Source: a virus (lineage: Duplodnaviria > Caudoviricetes). From it: DNA of 64,000 bases. The stretch is taken from IMG/VR virus record IMGVR_UViG_3300024187_000007, positions 2,131-66,130 of that record, one strand, 5' to 3'. Under the pieces are notes generated by a model. That model searched no databases. It had not been told where the DNA came from and saw only the letters and a list, made by a program, of their open reading frames with translations. Position numbers and translations under genes: made by a program. Shown here one piece after another: positions 15,353-23,849 of this stretch (its first letter is position 1; every line of letters starts with the position of its first letter).

Positions 15353-18165
15353 TGGCCGTGCTGCTGAAACCCGAATCCTGCAAGTCCTGCTTGGGCTACC
15401 AGTGGGCCTGCCCGTCGGCCGGCACCGGATTCGTCCCGGGCAGCGGCACCGGCGCGAATGGCGTTCTGCTGGTCTTCGAGGCCGCGGGCGAGGACGAGTC
15501 GCTCCAAGGCGTCCCCTTGGTCGGCAAGGCCGGCTTCCAGTTCACGACGATGCTGCAGCGGGCAGGATTGAGACGCGAAGACTTCAGGATCTGTAACGTG
15601 TTGAGCTGCCGTCCTCCGGGCAACCAACTGCGCGACACGCCCTACGGCAACCAAGCGATCTTGGCCTGCACGCCACATCTCGAACGCGAGATCTACGGCA
15701 TGGCCCCTCGCTGCATCGTGGCCTGCGGCGTCACGGCCTTCGAGAAGCTCCTGCCGGAGATCGCCTCCATCAAGAACATCGGTCTGCAGGACAGCAAGGC
15801 TCGAAAGGGTGCCCGCGGCTACGTCTTCTGGTCGGCCCGGTACAACACGTGGATCATCCCGACGGTCCACCCCTCGTTTATCATGCGTGGCAAGACCAAC
15901 ATGGAGTCGGTCTTCATCCACGACATTCAGAAGGCCGTGGACGTCGCGGCCCACGGATACACTTATGACGAACCGCTGGACTACGTCCTTGACCCGCCTC
16001 ATGACCAACTTGCGGCCTGGATGCGCGACTTCACCGCATGGGTTGAGGCCCATCCCGATACGCGCCTGTCTGAAGACATTGAAACGCCTACCAAAGGCGA
16101 TGATGAAGACGACGTTGACCTTGACGATCCCACCTATCAGATCCATCGCGTGGGATTCAGTTATCGACCCGGTTATGGCCTGAGCGTCCCATGGCAGGCC
16201 CAGTACCTGCCGGCTATCAAGCATCTGACCGAGTCGGCCGTCGACAAGGTCTGGTGGAACGGGGCCTACGACCAGCCGCGCCTCCGCGCCAACGGCTTGG
16301 CCATCGGCGGCACCCAGATCGACGGCATGGTGGCATGGCACCTGCTCCATTCCGACCTGCCCAAGTCCCTCAACTTCGTCACGACCTACTGCCAGCCCCA
16401 TCAGCGGATGTGGAAGCACGAGGCCAGCAAGACGCCGGCCCTGTACAACGTCATGGACGCCGACGTGGCGCTGCGCAACACCGCCGCCATTGAGGTCGAA
16501 CTACGGAAGGCCAGCTTGTGGCCGCTGTACGAACACCATGTCCTCAGGCTGAACCCCATCCGCGCGGAGATGTCGGCCGCGGGCGTCCCCATTGACGCCA
16601 AGGTCCGGCTCGTCTCGGCCTTGAAGCTGGACAAGCGCCTCAAGGACGTCAAGCGCCGCATGCAGGAGGCCGTCCCACTGAAGGCTAAGCGGATCGAGCC
16701 GGCCCAAGGGTTCGTCCGGACGCCGGCCGACACCACCGGCATGACCACCATTCAGGTCAAGACGTTCAAGGGCGTCTGTGACCGGTGTGGGCTGGACAAC
16801 CCAACAGCCCCTCACTTCAAAACCTTCGTCAAGAAAATCAACCCCTGCGCCGGGGCCAAGAAGGTGCTGGTCGAAACGGTCGTCGAGCGGTTTGCCCGCG
16901 TGGTGGAGTTCGTCCCGAGCCTCGTCCAGATCACGAACTATCAGCGGGTCATGAAGCACAACCCGGTCTACACAGGGCGCGGCAACGACCGCCGCGTCAC
17001 GACCGACGCCAAGGCTATCACCATTCTCATGGGCAAGTACCCCAATGATCCACTCTACCCTGAAATCGACGCCTACCGCGAACTGGACAAACTTGCCGGT
17101 ACGTACATCGGTCGACCTGTTAAGTTCGGCGCAGGACCTCGTGATTGGCGTGTTGACGGTGGTATGCCTGTGGATAGTTTGGGTCTGGTGCACACAACCC
17201 TGACCGACGCCCCGTCCACGTGGCGGATGTCATCAGTCGCCCCGAACCTGCAGAACATCCCACGGGGCACGGACTCCGACGTCCAAGCGTGGGTAAAGCA
17301 GATGTTCGTGGCCCCGGACGGCTGGCTGATTGGGAGTCGCGACTTCTCCGGCATCGAGGCCAAGTTGTCGGCGTATCTCATGGGGTCGCGGAACCTCTAC
17401 AGACTCTCGGCCCTTGGCATCCATGACTTCTATGGTCTGAACCTGCTGGTGGCCGACGGCAAGCTGCCGGACACCTACCGGCCACAGCTGGCATGGTCCG
17501 ATGGCGACCTGAAGGCCGCCTTCGGTGAGTACAAGACCATGTGCAAGGCCGGACATCAATTTGCCGGCCACCGGGACGTCTCCAAGCGGGTGATCTACCT
17601 GTCCCTGTACAAGGGCACCCCCATGAAGATGCACCAGGAGTACCCCAAGGACTTCCCGACGACCAAGTACGCGAGCAAGCTCCAGCGATTCCTCTACGAC
17701 CTGTTCCCTGAGATCACCACGTGGCACAAGTCCCTCTGTGACCAAGTCGACAAGACCACGTTCATCCGGATGCCCTTCGGCTACATCCACCGGTTCTACC
17801 GCGTCCTCCAGTGGGAGTTCCTCGGCGGCAAGTGGGAGTCGACCTTCGGTGACGACGCCAAGCGGTTGATCGCGTCGGTCCCGCAGAACACGGCCAGCGG
17901 CATCCTGAAGGAAGCCGCCATCCGCATCGGCGAAGGCTACCCGGACGTCCGAGCCATGCTGCGGTTGTTCATCCATGATGACATCACAGGCCTCTTCCGT
18001 GTCAACGAAGCCGACCGCTTCCTCGAAGTGACGCGCACCGAGATGGAACGCCCAGTTGAGTGCCTGCCCCTCGATCCCAGCTGGAACATGGGCACCCACG
18101 TCGTGGTCGGCACCGAGGCCAAGATCGGCCGCAGCTGGGGATCGCAGTCGACGGTGAAGGAGTAA
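15352..18165 (+). CDS. polA: family A DNA polymerase with N-terminal family-4 uracil-DNA glycosylase domain and 3'-5' exonuclease
   Basis: UDG4: CKSC, FEAAG, NVLSCRPPGN, HPSFIM; exonuclease: EDIET, NGAYD, YNVMD; polymerase: NLQNIP, DFSGIE (motif A), RDVSKRVIYLSLY (motif B), IHDD (motif C). Confidence 0.93.
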   Translation: MAVLLKPESCKSCLGYQWACPSAGTGFVPGSGTGANGVLLVFEAAGEDESLQGVPLVGKAGFQFTTMLQRAGLRREDFRICNVLSCRPPGNQLRDTPYGNQAILACTPHLEREIYGMAPRCIVACGVTAFEKLLPEIASIKNIGLQDSKARKGARGYVFWSARYNTWIIPTVHPSFIMRGKTNMESVFIHDIQKAVDVAAHGYTYDEPLDYVLDPPHDQLAAWMRDFTAWVEAHPDTRLSEDIETPTKGDDEDDVDLDDPTYQIHRVGFSYRPGYGLSVPWQAQYLPAIKHLTESAVDKVWWNGAYDQPRLRANGLAIGGTQIDGMVAWHLLHSDLPKSLNFVTTYCQPHQRMWKHEASKTPALYNVMDADVALRNTAAIEVELRKASLWPLYEHHVLRLNPIRAEMSAAGVPIDAKVRLVSALKLDKRLKDVKRRMQEAVPLKAKRIEPAQGFVRTPADTTGMTTIQVKTFKGVCDRCGLDNPTAPHFKTFVKKINPCAGAKKVLVETVVERFARVVEFVPSLVQITNYQRVMKHNPVYTGRGNDRRVTTDAKAITILMGKYPNDPLYPEIDAYRELDKLAGTYIGRPVKFGAGPRDWRVDGGMPVDSLGLVHTTLTDAPSTWRMSSVAPNLQNIPRGTDSDVQAWVKQMFVAPDGWLIGSRDFSGIEAKLSAYLMGSRNLYRLSALGIHDFYGLNLLVADGKLPDTYRPQLAWSDGDLKAAFGEYKTMCKAGHQFAGHRDVSKRVIYLSLYKGTPMKMHQEYPKDFPTTKYASKLQRFLYDLFPEITTWHKSLCDQVDKTTFIRMPFGYIHRFYRVLQWEFLGGKWESTFGDDAKRLIASVPQNTASGILKEAAIRIGEGYPDVRAMLRLFIHDDITGLFRVNEADRFLEVTRTEMERPVECLPLDPSWNMGTHVVVGTEAKIGRSWGSQSTVKE

Positions 18166-18291
18166 CTATGTGTTGGCACAAATGGCCGCGGTGGTCTGAA
18201 CTGAACACCGACAACAAGAAAATTCCGTACCAGACCCGCGAGTGTGCAAAGTGCGGGTTAGTACAAATTGCTGTCCCCAAGGTACTTCTTA

Positions 18292-18453
18292 ATGCTTAAA
18301 CACTTCCTGCTCGACCCCAAGATCTTCAACTACGCGCTGATCGGTCTATATGTCTTCGCAGCGATTCGGTGGTCTTATGAGCGTCGCTGGTGGGACGCCG
18401 GGTATTGGGCTGCTGCTGCAGTTCTGACCTTGTGCATCACCATGAACCACTAA
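18292..18453 (+). CDS. small membrane protein
   Basis: Two hydrophobic segments; TAATG coupling to the next gene. Confidence 0.55.
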   Translation: MLKHFLLDPKIFNYALIGLYVFAAIRWSYERRWWDAGYWAAAAVLTLCITMNH

Positions 18454-18659
18454 TGGCCAAACCCCAACGCTACCGGCGGCCCCCGTCCTACTGGCGCGAG
18501 AAGGCCCGAGGGGTCGGCGAGCTGGTCAAGATCGAGATCCACACGGGCGGCACCTTGGACAACATCTACTGGGACGCCCGCTACGCCGCCCGCTTTGCGG
18601 CCTTGAGTTTAGGCCAGCGGTCTGCTAACATAGGAATCAAGCCAAGGAGAACACCATGA
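18453..18659 (+). CDS. small basic hypothetical protein
   Basis: Coupled start/stop overlaps on both sides. Confidence 0.5.
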   Translation: MAKPQRYRRPPSYWREKARGVGELVKIEIHTGGTLDNIYWDARYAARFAALSLGQRSANIGIKPRRTP

Positions 18660-19246
18660 GTCGAATCGGCGTGGACGTAGACGGGGTTTTGGCCATGTTC
18701 AATGAATCGTTCATGGACCTAATGGTCAGGGTTGTCGGTGAAGACCGCTTCGGGACGCCACGGCCCCCGATCACCTGCTGGAACTATCCGGTTGATCAGT
18801 TCGGTTACACCAAGGCGCAGTTCTCCAAGGCGTGGAAGGCTGTCGAAACAGACCCCGGCTTCTGGTACAATCTTGACTGCTACGACGGTGCAATGGATGT
18901 CGTCCACAGGCTCAAGGAACTGGAGTCAGAGGATCACGACATCTACTTCATTACGTCGCGCGTCGGTGTCAATCCGAAGATGCAGACATTCGACTGGCTC
19001 GGTGGAGCAGGATTTCCCGAGGCTACGGTCCTGATCAGCTCGGCCAAAGGCCTGTGCGCGAAGGCCTTGAACCTCGACCTGTACATCGACGACAAGATCG
19101 AGAACGTCCAAGACGTGGTCTGTACGCAGCCCAGCTGCCGCACCTTCATGCTCACCCAGCCGTGGAACGTCGGGGCCGAGGTCAGCGGGTCGACCCGCTT
19201 GGATACGCTCACCCAGTTCCTCGACATCCTCAAGGAGATCCGTTAA
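18656..19246 (+). CDS. HAD-superfamily 5'(3')-deoxyribonucleotidase-like protein
   Basis: RIGVDVDGVL (motif I), FITSR (II), YIDD (IV). Confidence 0.85.
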   Translation: MSRIGVDVDGVLAMFNESFMDLMVRVVGEDRFGTPRPPITCWNYPVDQFGYTKAQFSKAWKAVETDPGFWYNLDCYDGAMDVVHRLKELESEDHDIYFITSRVGVNPKMQTFDWLGGAGFPEATVLISSAKGLCAKALNLDLYIDDKIENVQDVVCTQPSCRTFMLTQPWNVGAEVSGSTRLDTLTQFLDILKEIR

Positions 19247-20052
19247 TGCCGAGCTGCCGCGAGTGTTACAGCAATTGGGACGACCCCTTTGAGATTTGCC
19301 CAAACTGCAAGTCCACGAACATCATCGGCGGTGCGCCCAAGATCGAACCACCTCTTATCTATCCGCCGCGGACCAACGCGCCTATCGACGGCCTGCTGAC
19401 AACGGGCGAGGCGCAGAAGAACGTCAAACAATGGGGAAGTGGCCCTGCGCCCTACCCAGCCCCCCGCAGCGAAGCGAGGAGGGGCCAAGAGGGCGTCCAG
19501 AGTACAGCCAACACTCAAGGCCCCGCCCCAGCGACCGAGACCATCGACTTCCTGCAGACCGTTTGTTCGCACTGCAAGCGGCCCTTCCCGCTGGACCGCA
19601 TGCCGTGGCAGGACGCCACGGGCGCACACATCTGCTACGACTGCTACTGGAAGCCCAACGGCGAAAAGGCCCAGCAGGACGCCAAGGTCCGCCAGTTCGG
19701 GACAGGCGCGACCCGTTCAGCCGAGGCCAACAAGAACGACTACGAAGGGTTCCTCAGCCCATCGGCCTTGGAGGCCTTCGGCACCTACATGACCAAGCAC
19801 CGCGTCCAAGCCGATGGCTCGCTCCGCGACAGTGATAACTGGCAGAAGGGCATCCCGCTGGCGTCCTACCGGAAGTCCATGGTCCGCCACGTCATCGACC
19901 TCTGGGCACTGGAACGCGGCCATGTCACGGCCGGCGTGCTGGTCGATCATCACGACCGTGAGGACTCGGCCAAAGTGAAGCTCGACCTCGCCTGTGCGAT
20001 CCTGTTCAACGTCCAAGGCTACATCCACGAACTACTCAAGGAGACACGCTAA
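19246..20052 (+). CDS. dATP/dGTP diphosphohydrolase-domain (DUF5664-like) protein with N-terminal zinc ribbons
   Basis: C-terminal DYEGFLSP..LE..G.YM.KH...NWQKGIP...S..RH...ACAILFN; N-terminal CREC/CPNC and CSHC/CYDC. Confidence 0.78.
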   Translation: MPSCRECYSNWDDPFEICPNCKSTNIIGGAPKIEPPLIYPPRTNAPIDGLLTTGEAQKNVKQWGSGPAPYPAPRSEARRGQEGVQSTANTQGPAPATETIDFLQTVCSHCKRPFPLDRMPWQDATGAHICYDCYWKPNGEKAQQDAKVRQFGTGATRSAEANKNDYEGFLSPSALEAFGTYMTKHRVQADGSLRDSDNWQKGIPLASYRKSMVRHVIDLWALERGHVTAGVLVDHHDREDSAKVKLDLACAILFNVQGYIHELLKETR

Positions 20053-20198
20053 TGCCCTGCTCCCCGCACAACTACACCTTCGCCAGCGAGGTCTACAACA
20101 AGGCCGGCGCAGACCAGAAGTCCTACCGCGTCTTGGTCTGCACCCTCTGTGGCGACACCAAGGAAATCGTCGTGGCCGACCGGTTAGGAGCCAACTAA
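20052..20198 (+). CDS. 48-aa zinc-binding microprotein
   Basis: C..H...CTLC; TAATG overlaps on both sides. Confidence 0.5.
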   Translation: MPCSPHNYTFASEVYNKAGADQKSYRVLVCTLCGDTKEIVVADRLGAN

Positions 20199-20542
20199 TG
20201 AGCGCCCATGCTAAACTCCGCAAGGCCTTTCACGTGGCCGACGGCAGCTACGCCGAAGTGGTGGTCAACATCCACAACGTCGACCCCACGCCGGCCGACC
20301 TGATCCTGTCCAAGATCATGCTCGCGGCCGAACACGCGGTGGCCGACTACAAGGAGCTGATCAACAACCGGGTCAGGGAAGAGGCCGAGTCGACAGCTGC
20401 GCGGGTCGCGGCGCTTCGGCGTCAGGTCGATCCCGAGAACAAGGTGATCAGCCACGGCTCGGCCGAACTCCACGAGGAGATGGCCAAGGCCGTCGAACCA
20501 GCCAAGCCCTCGGCCAAGCGCAAGGCGGTCCAGCATGGCTAA
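20198..20542 (+). CDS. hypothetical protein
   Basis: AGGAG RBS; TAATG coupling. Confidence 0.65.
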   Translation: MSAHAKLRKAFHVADGSYAEVVVNIHNVDPTPADLILSKIMLAAEHAVADYKELINNRVREEAESTAARVAALRRQVDPENKVISHGSAELHEEMAKAVEPAKPSAKRKAVQHG

Positions 20543-20720
20543 GGACTTCCGCACCTTTGCCGAAGAGGCCGGCTCTGAGAAGAACCTCTACCTCAAGCGG
20601 CTCAAACTGACCGATACACCCATGGCCGACTGGACCGATGACGACGTCCAGTTAGCCTTGGTCTGCAGCTTCCCGTGGATGCAGTGGATGCAGCTGATCA
20701 GGAACGGCGGTGAATGGTGA
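20535..20720 (+). CDS. small hypothetical protein
   Basis: Operon packing. Confidence 0.5.
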   Translation: MAKDFRTFAEEAGSEKNLYLKRLKLTDTPMADWTDDDVQLALVCSFPWMQWMQLIRNGGEW

Positions 20721-20911
20721 CCAAAGCAGAAGTTGCAAAGGTGGATAGCGCCATCGCCGCAGGCACGGCCCCCGATGCCGTGACCTTGCCGCAGTACCAG
20801 CGGATGATCAGTGATCTGTTGGGGCGGGCGGTGGACTTGGAGGAAGTGTGGGAGTGGCTGTCGTCCTCGGCCGATGAGCGGGAGACGACCGGCTACGGCC
20901 ACGGGGTGTAG
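20714..20911 (+). CDS. small hypothetical protein (last gene of the + block)
   Basis: Operon packing; overlaps the convergent - gene. Confidence 0.5.
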   Translation: MVTKAEVAKVDSAIAAGTAPDAVTLPQYQRMISDLLGRAVDLEEVWEWLSSSADERETTGYGHGV

Positions 20912-21143
20912 GGACGACCTGCTCGACCGACACAAGCATACCTGCCGGGATGAACGTGACTGCCCGGTAGGTCCCGTCGGCGCACTCCTCGCCGGCCACC
21001 GTGATCCCCGCTTCGTCCTGCCGGAGCAACAGACCATAGGTCGCAATCTTGATGGCCGCATGCGGGATTTCATGGATGGCAAACGCGTCCGTGCCGCTGA
21101 TCCCGTGGGCGTCCAGCCATGTCACCTTGACCAGCTCAAGCAC
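20808..21143 (-). CDS. hypothetical phage protein
   Basis: VTWLDA...TYG.L...IP pattern common in small phage proteins; TTG start. Confidence 0.55.
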   Translation of the reverse strand: MLELVKVTWLDAHGISGTDAFAIHEIPHAAIKIATYGLLLRQDEAGITVAGEECADGTYRAVTFIPAGMLVSVEQVVPTPRGRSRSSPAHRPRTTATPTLPPSPPPAPTDH

Positions 21144-21267
21144 GACTGGACCTCATCGGCTGCCCACAGCAGACGGGCGGCACGGGATCACAGTCGCACT
21201 TGACAAAGGTCTTGTGGCAGACGTCGCAGCCGTAGAGGGTGTAGCCGGGGGCGACGTTAGCCGGCAT
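21136..21267 (-). CDS. 43-aa Cys-rich microprotein
   Basis: CDVC...CDC...CCG; overlaps both neighbours. Confidence 0.45.
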   Translation of the reverse strand: MPANVAPGYTLYGCDVCHKTFVKCDCDPVPPVCCGQPMRSSRA

Positions 21268-22033
21268 ACACCTTGCCCTCGATCAACGCCCGGCCGCGAA
21301 TAATCACCGCGATCTGGTCGTTGAACACGCCGCCCTCTTCCACCCAGCCGTACTCGAAGCCCTGCACCCACTTGTTCGGGATGCGCTCCATGTAGCCGAC
21401 GTCCTTCGAGCAGAGGCAGGGGACCGCCATTCCTGTTTTAGCAACCTCTGCATCCAGTGGCGACGTCTTCGTAAAAAGCTGTGCCGTATGGAAGTGTCCA
21501 AAACGTATGTTGCGTTCATAGTTGAGCACAGCATTCTTCGCCATGTGTTCACCACCTTTGATGGTGTCACCATGGACAAAGTACAACTTGTGATATTGGT
21601 AGCCGCGCCCCTGATCAACGATCTTCCACTTGTCTAGTTTCAGCAAGTGACGAATATCAACGAGGCCTTCAAGGGCCGGATCTTCGTCGAGTAGATCATC
21701 AATCCACGACTCGTGATTGCCTTGGATATATACCTTGACACCGTCACGGGGGAGGATCTTCTCAATAGGCTGAATGACGTTGGAACGACATTCTTCTGCA
21801 TCGCGCAGGAGTCTAAACCCTTCTGTCTTCCGTGGCTTGCCTTTGTTGTGGTGTCTGGCGATGGGACCGCAATCAAGGATGTCGCCGCCAAAGATGAAGT
21901 CGTGAGGCTTGAAGTCCTCAGCAAACTGCAACATGATGTCGACAGCCTTCGGATCGTGAAGGGTGTTCTTGTGACCTCCGACGGTCTCGTATCCCCAATG
22001 AACATCAGGGACGAACATGAAGCGTCGAATCAT
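21257..22033 (-). CDS. calcineurin-like metallophosphoesterase
   Basis: DVH, GD..D, GNHE, HG and GHFH motifs. Confidence 0.88.
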   Translation of the reverse strand: MIRRFMFVPDVHWGYETVGGHKNTLHDPKAVDIMLQFAEDFKPHDFIFGGDILDCGPIARHHNKGKPRKTEGFRLLRDAEECRSNVIQPIEKILPRDGVKVYIQGNHESWIDDLLDEDPALEGLVDIRHLLKLDKWKIVDQGRGYQYHKLYFVHGDTIKGGEHMAKNAVLNYERNIRFGHFHTAQLFTKTSPLDAEVAKTGMAVPCLCSKDVGYMERIPNKWVQGFEYGWVEEGGVFNDQIAVIIRGRALIEGKVYAG

Positions 22034-22433
22034 GGAGTTTCCTCTTTGGTTTTGGCCCCTTTGGCAGGGCAGGCCGTTGTGCGTACTCTTTAGCTTTCAA
22101 ACACGCGGCAGTGATTTGTGCCCTTTTGACAGGACTCAACCACTTCCATAGCATGGCAATAGCCGCTTGAGTGTCCTCAAAATTGTTTACGGTCCACAGA
22201 TAAAAGGGTTTGGTACCGCGCCCTTTGTTCTCGTACGGTCCGTTGATGTGGCCAAGCTGGACAGCAGCTTGCAACCGATCGAGCACGAAGCGATCAACTT
22301 GGTGAGCACTGGCACGAAGTGCGCCATATGCGCGAGGTCTGTTCGGGTGTCTTCCTGTCCAGAAGTTGAAGTGACCTTCCCCATCCATGAAGCCTGCAGC
22401 CCACGCTAACTCATGCGTGTCGAGGCTAACCAT
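22005..22433 (-). mobile_element. free-standing LAGLIDADG homing endonuclease
   Basis: ELAWAAGFMDGEG helix motif; visibly lower GC than flanks. Confidence 0.8.
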
Positions 22434-22580
22434 TTAAGTCACCGCGGTAGATGGTTGTGTACACGACGGTCAGGTGTTGCAGCGGACAGGTCACACAGAA
22501 CAGCCGCACAGGACTGGTTGGGTATTGCATCCCGCACACCGGGCAGTAGACCGCGCTGATCACCTTGGAGAGGTCAGGCA

Positions 22581-22955
22581 CTAGGGCAGCTCCACGTGAT
22601 CGAGGTCGACCAGCTTGAAGTCGCCGCCCCAGACGAGGCCCAAGGCATTGGCGGCTGCGCCCATGGCCGCCCACGGGTGGGTCGACCCGAAGGGATCGTC
22701 CCCTTGAAACGCAATGTCTGCAGCGTGTCCTAGACCGTCCGGATGGGCCTGATGATTGGATTTAGTGTGAAGGCCGTCGCAGTTGGTGACGATTGTGCCG
22801 GGCAGGGTCCGGCCCTTGGCCCAGAGCGCCGCCTGTTGGCCAGCGGTCCGCAGGCCGAAGACCACAAACAGCGGGAACTGCTCGAACAACTGGCCGAGCT
22901 TCGCCACCAAGTCAGGATGGACGCCAGCCAGTCGATCGAGGTCGCGTTGGGTCAC
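22581..22955 (-). CDS. endolysin, M15-family (L-Ala-D-Glu-type) zinc peptidase
   Basis: GLRT..QQ..L.AKGR, SNH, GHAADI, WGG, DLDHVEL. Confidence 0.88.
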   Translation of the reverse strand: MTQRDLDRLAGVHPDLVAKLGQLFEQFPLFVVFGLRTAGQQAALWAKGRTLPGTIVTNCDGLHTKSNHQAHPDGLGHAADIAFQGDDPFGSTHPWAAMGAAANALGLVWGGDFKLVDLDHVELP

Positions 22956-22987
22956 AGGCCGAGTGTACCACAGCCTGTAGGGGTTGT

Positions 22988-23614
22988 CTAGGGTTTGCCC
23001 GTGCCACCAAACTTGGCAGGAGGTGCCCAGTCTTGATCGCTGCGCAGTGGCTTGCTGGTCTCTTGACCGTACTTGTTAAAGTAGTTGCCCGGGACTTGCA
23101 TCCCTTGCGCGTCGTGATAGGTTTCACTCCACTGCGAAGGTGCAGGTGGCGGAGGCGCGTAAGGAATACCGTGCTTCTCCAGCGCGGCCGGGGTGACGGT
23201 CGACCGGTCCAGCGGGTGGCCTTGCGCTTCCACGTTGTACAGCGGCATGTGCGGGATCCCCTTCTCCGGCATACCGCGCTGCCAGCCGAGGAACTTGGCG
23301 ATGGGACCAGCAGCAGCTGCGCCTCCGACTTCGCCAAGGGGCGACGTGATCCCGGCCATACCCATGGCCGCGCCAACGCTCGGGTTGGCCGAGGCCCACT
23401 CGGGCACGCGGCCCTTGGGGCCGCTGACCACCTTGGACGTCCCCAGCAGCTTCTGGACGAGGCCCGTGAAGCTCTGTTGTTCCTGAGGGGTCAGCAAGGG
23501 CGTCCACGCGCCCTGTGGCGCACCGATGGAGCTGGCCTTGCCGAGGGCCTGCATGGGATCGGTGGGTGGCGCTGGGACGCGCGCAGGGGCCTTCTTGGCG
23601 GGTTTATCGGCCAC
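22988..23614 (-). CDS. hypothetical protein, Pro/Ala-rich
   Basis: GGGAGG RBS before GTG 23614. Confidence 0.65.
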   Translation of the reverse strand: MADKPAKKAPARVPAPPTDPMQALGKASSIGAPQGAWTPLLTPQEQQSFTGLVQKLLGTSKVVSGPKGRVPEWASANPSVGAAMGMAGITSPLGEVGGAAAAGPIAKFLGWQRGMPEKGIPHMPLYNVEAQGHPLDRSTVTPAALEKHGIPYAPPPPAPSQWSETYHDAQGMQVPGNYFNKYGQETSKPLRSDQDWAPPAKFGGTGKP

Positions 23615-23849
23615 TGCTGCCTCCCAGCAGAACATGCTTCGCAAACACTGCGATCATGGTCAGGAAGCCCGAGCCGGCCGATCCCCAGATCCACTTGGTC
23701 TGCTTCTCGACGGCCTCAAGGCGGGGTTCGTGGTTGGCCGCCACCTCGGAGACCTTCTTGACATCCGTGCGGACCTCTTGGATGTCCAAACGAATACGGC
23801 CTTCCATGGCGTCCAGGTGGGCAATGATGTCGAACTCAGCGGCGGTCAT
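23604..23849 (-). CDS. holin-like protein (coiled coil plus single C-terminal TM segment)
   Basis: Heptad region then WIWGSAGSGFLTMIAVFA; lies upstream of the endolysin. Confidence 0.5.
   Translation of the reverse strand: MTAAEFDIIAHLDAMEGRIRLDIQEVRTDVKKVSEVAANHEPRLEAVEKQTKWIWGSAGSGFLTMIAVFAKHVLLGGSSGR

Noticed and set aside
7746-20052. Z-genome or other hypermodified-base pathway
   Set aside because: Only degradative nucleotide enzymes are seen; no PurZ, hydroxymethylase or queuosine-type genes in the window
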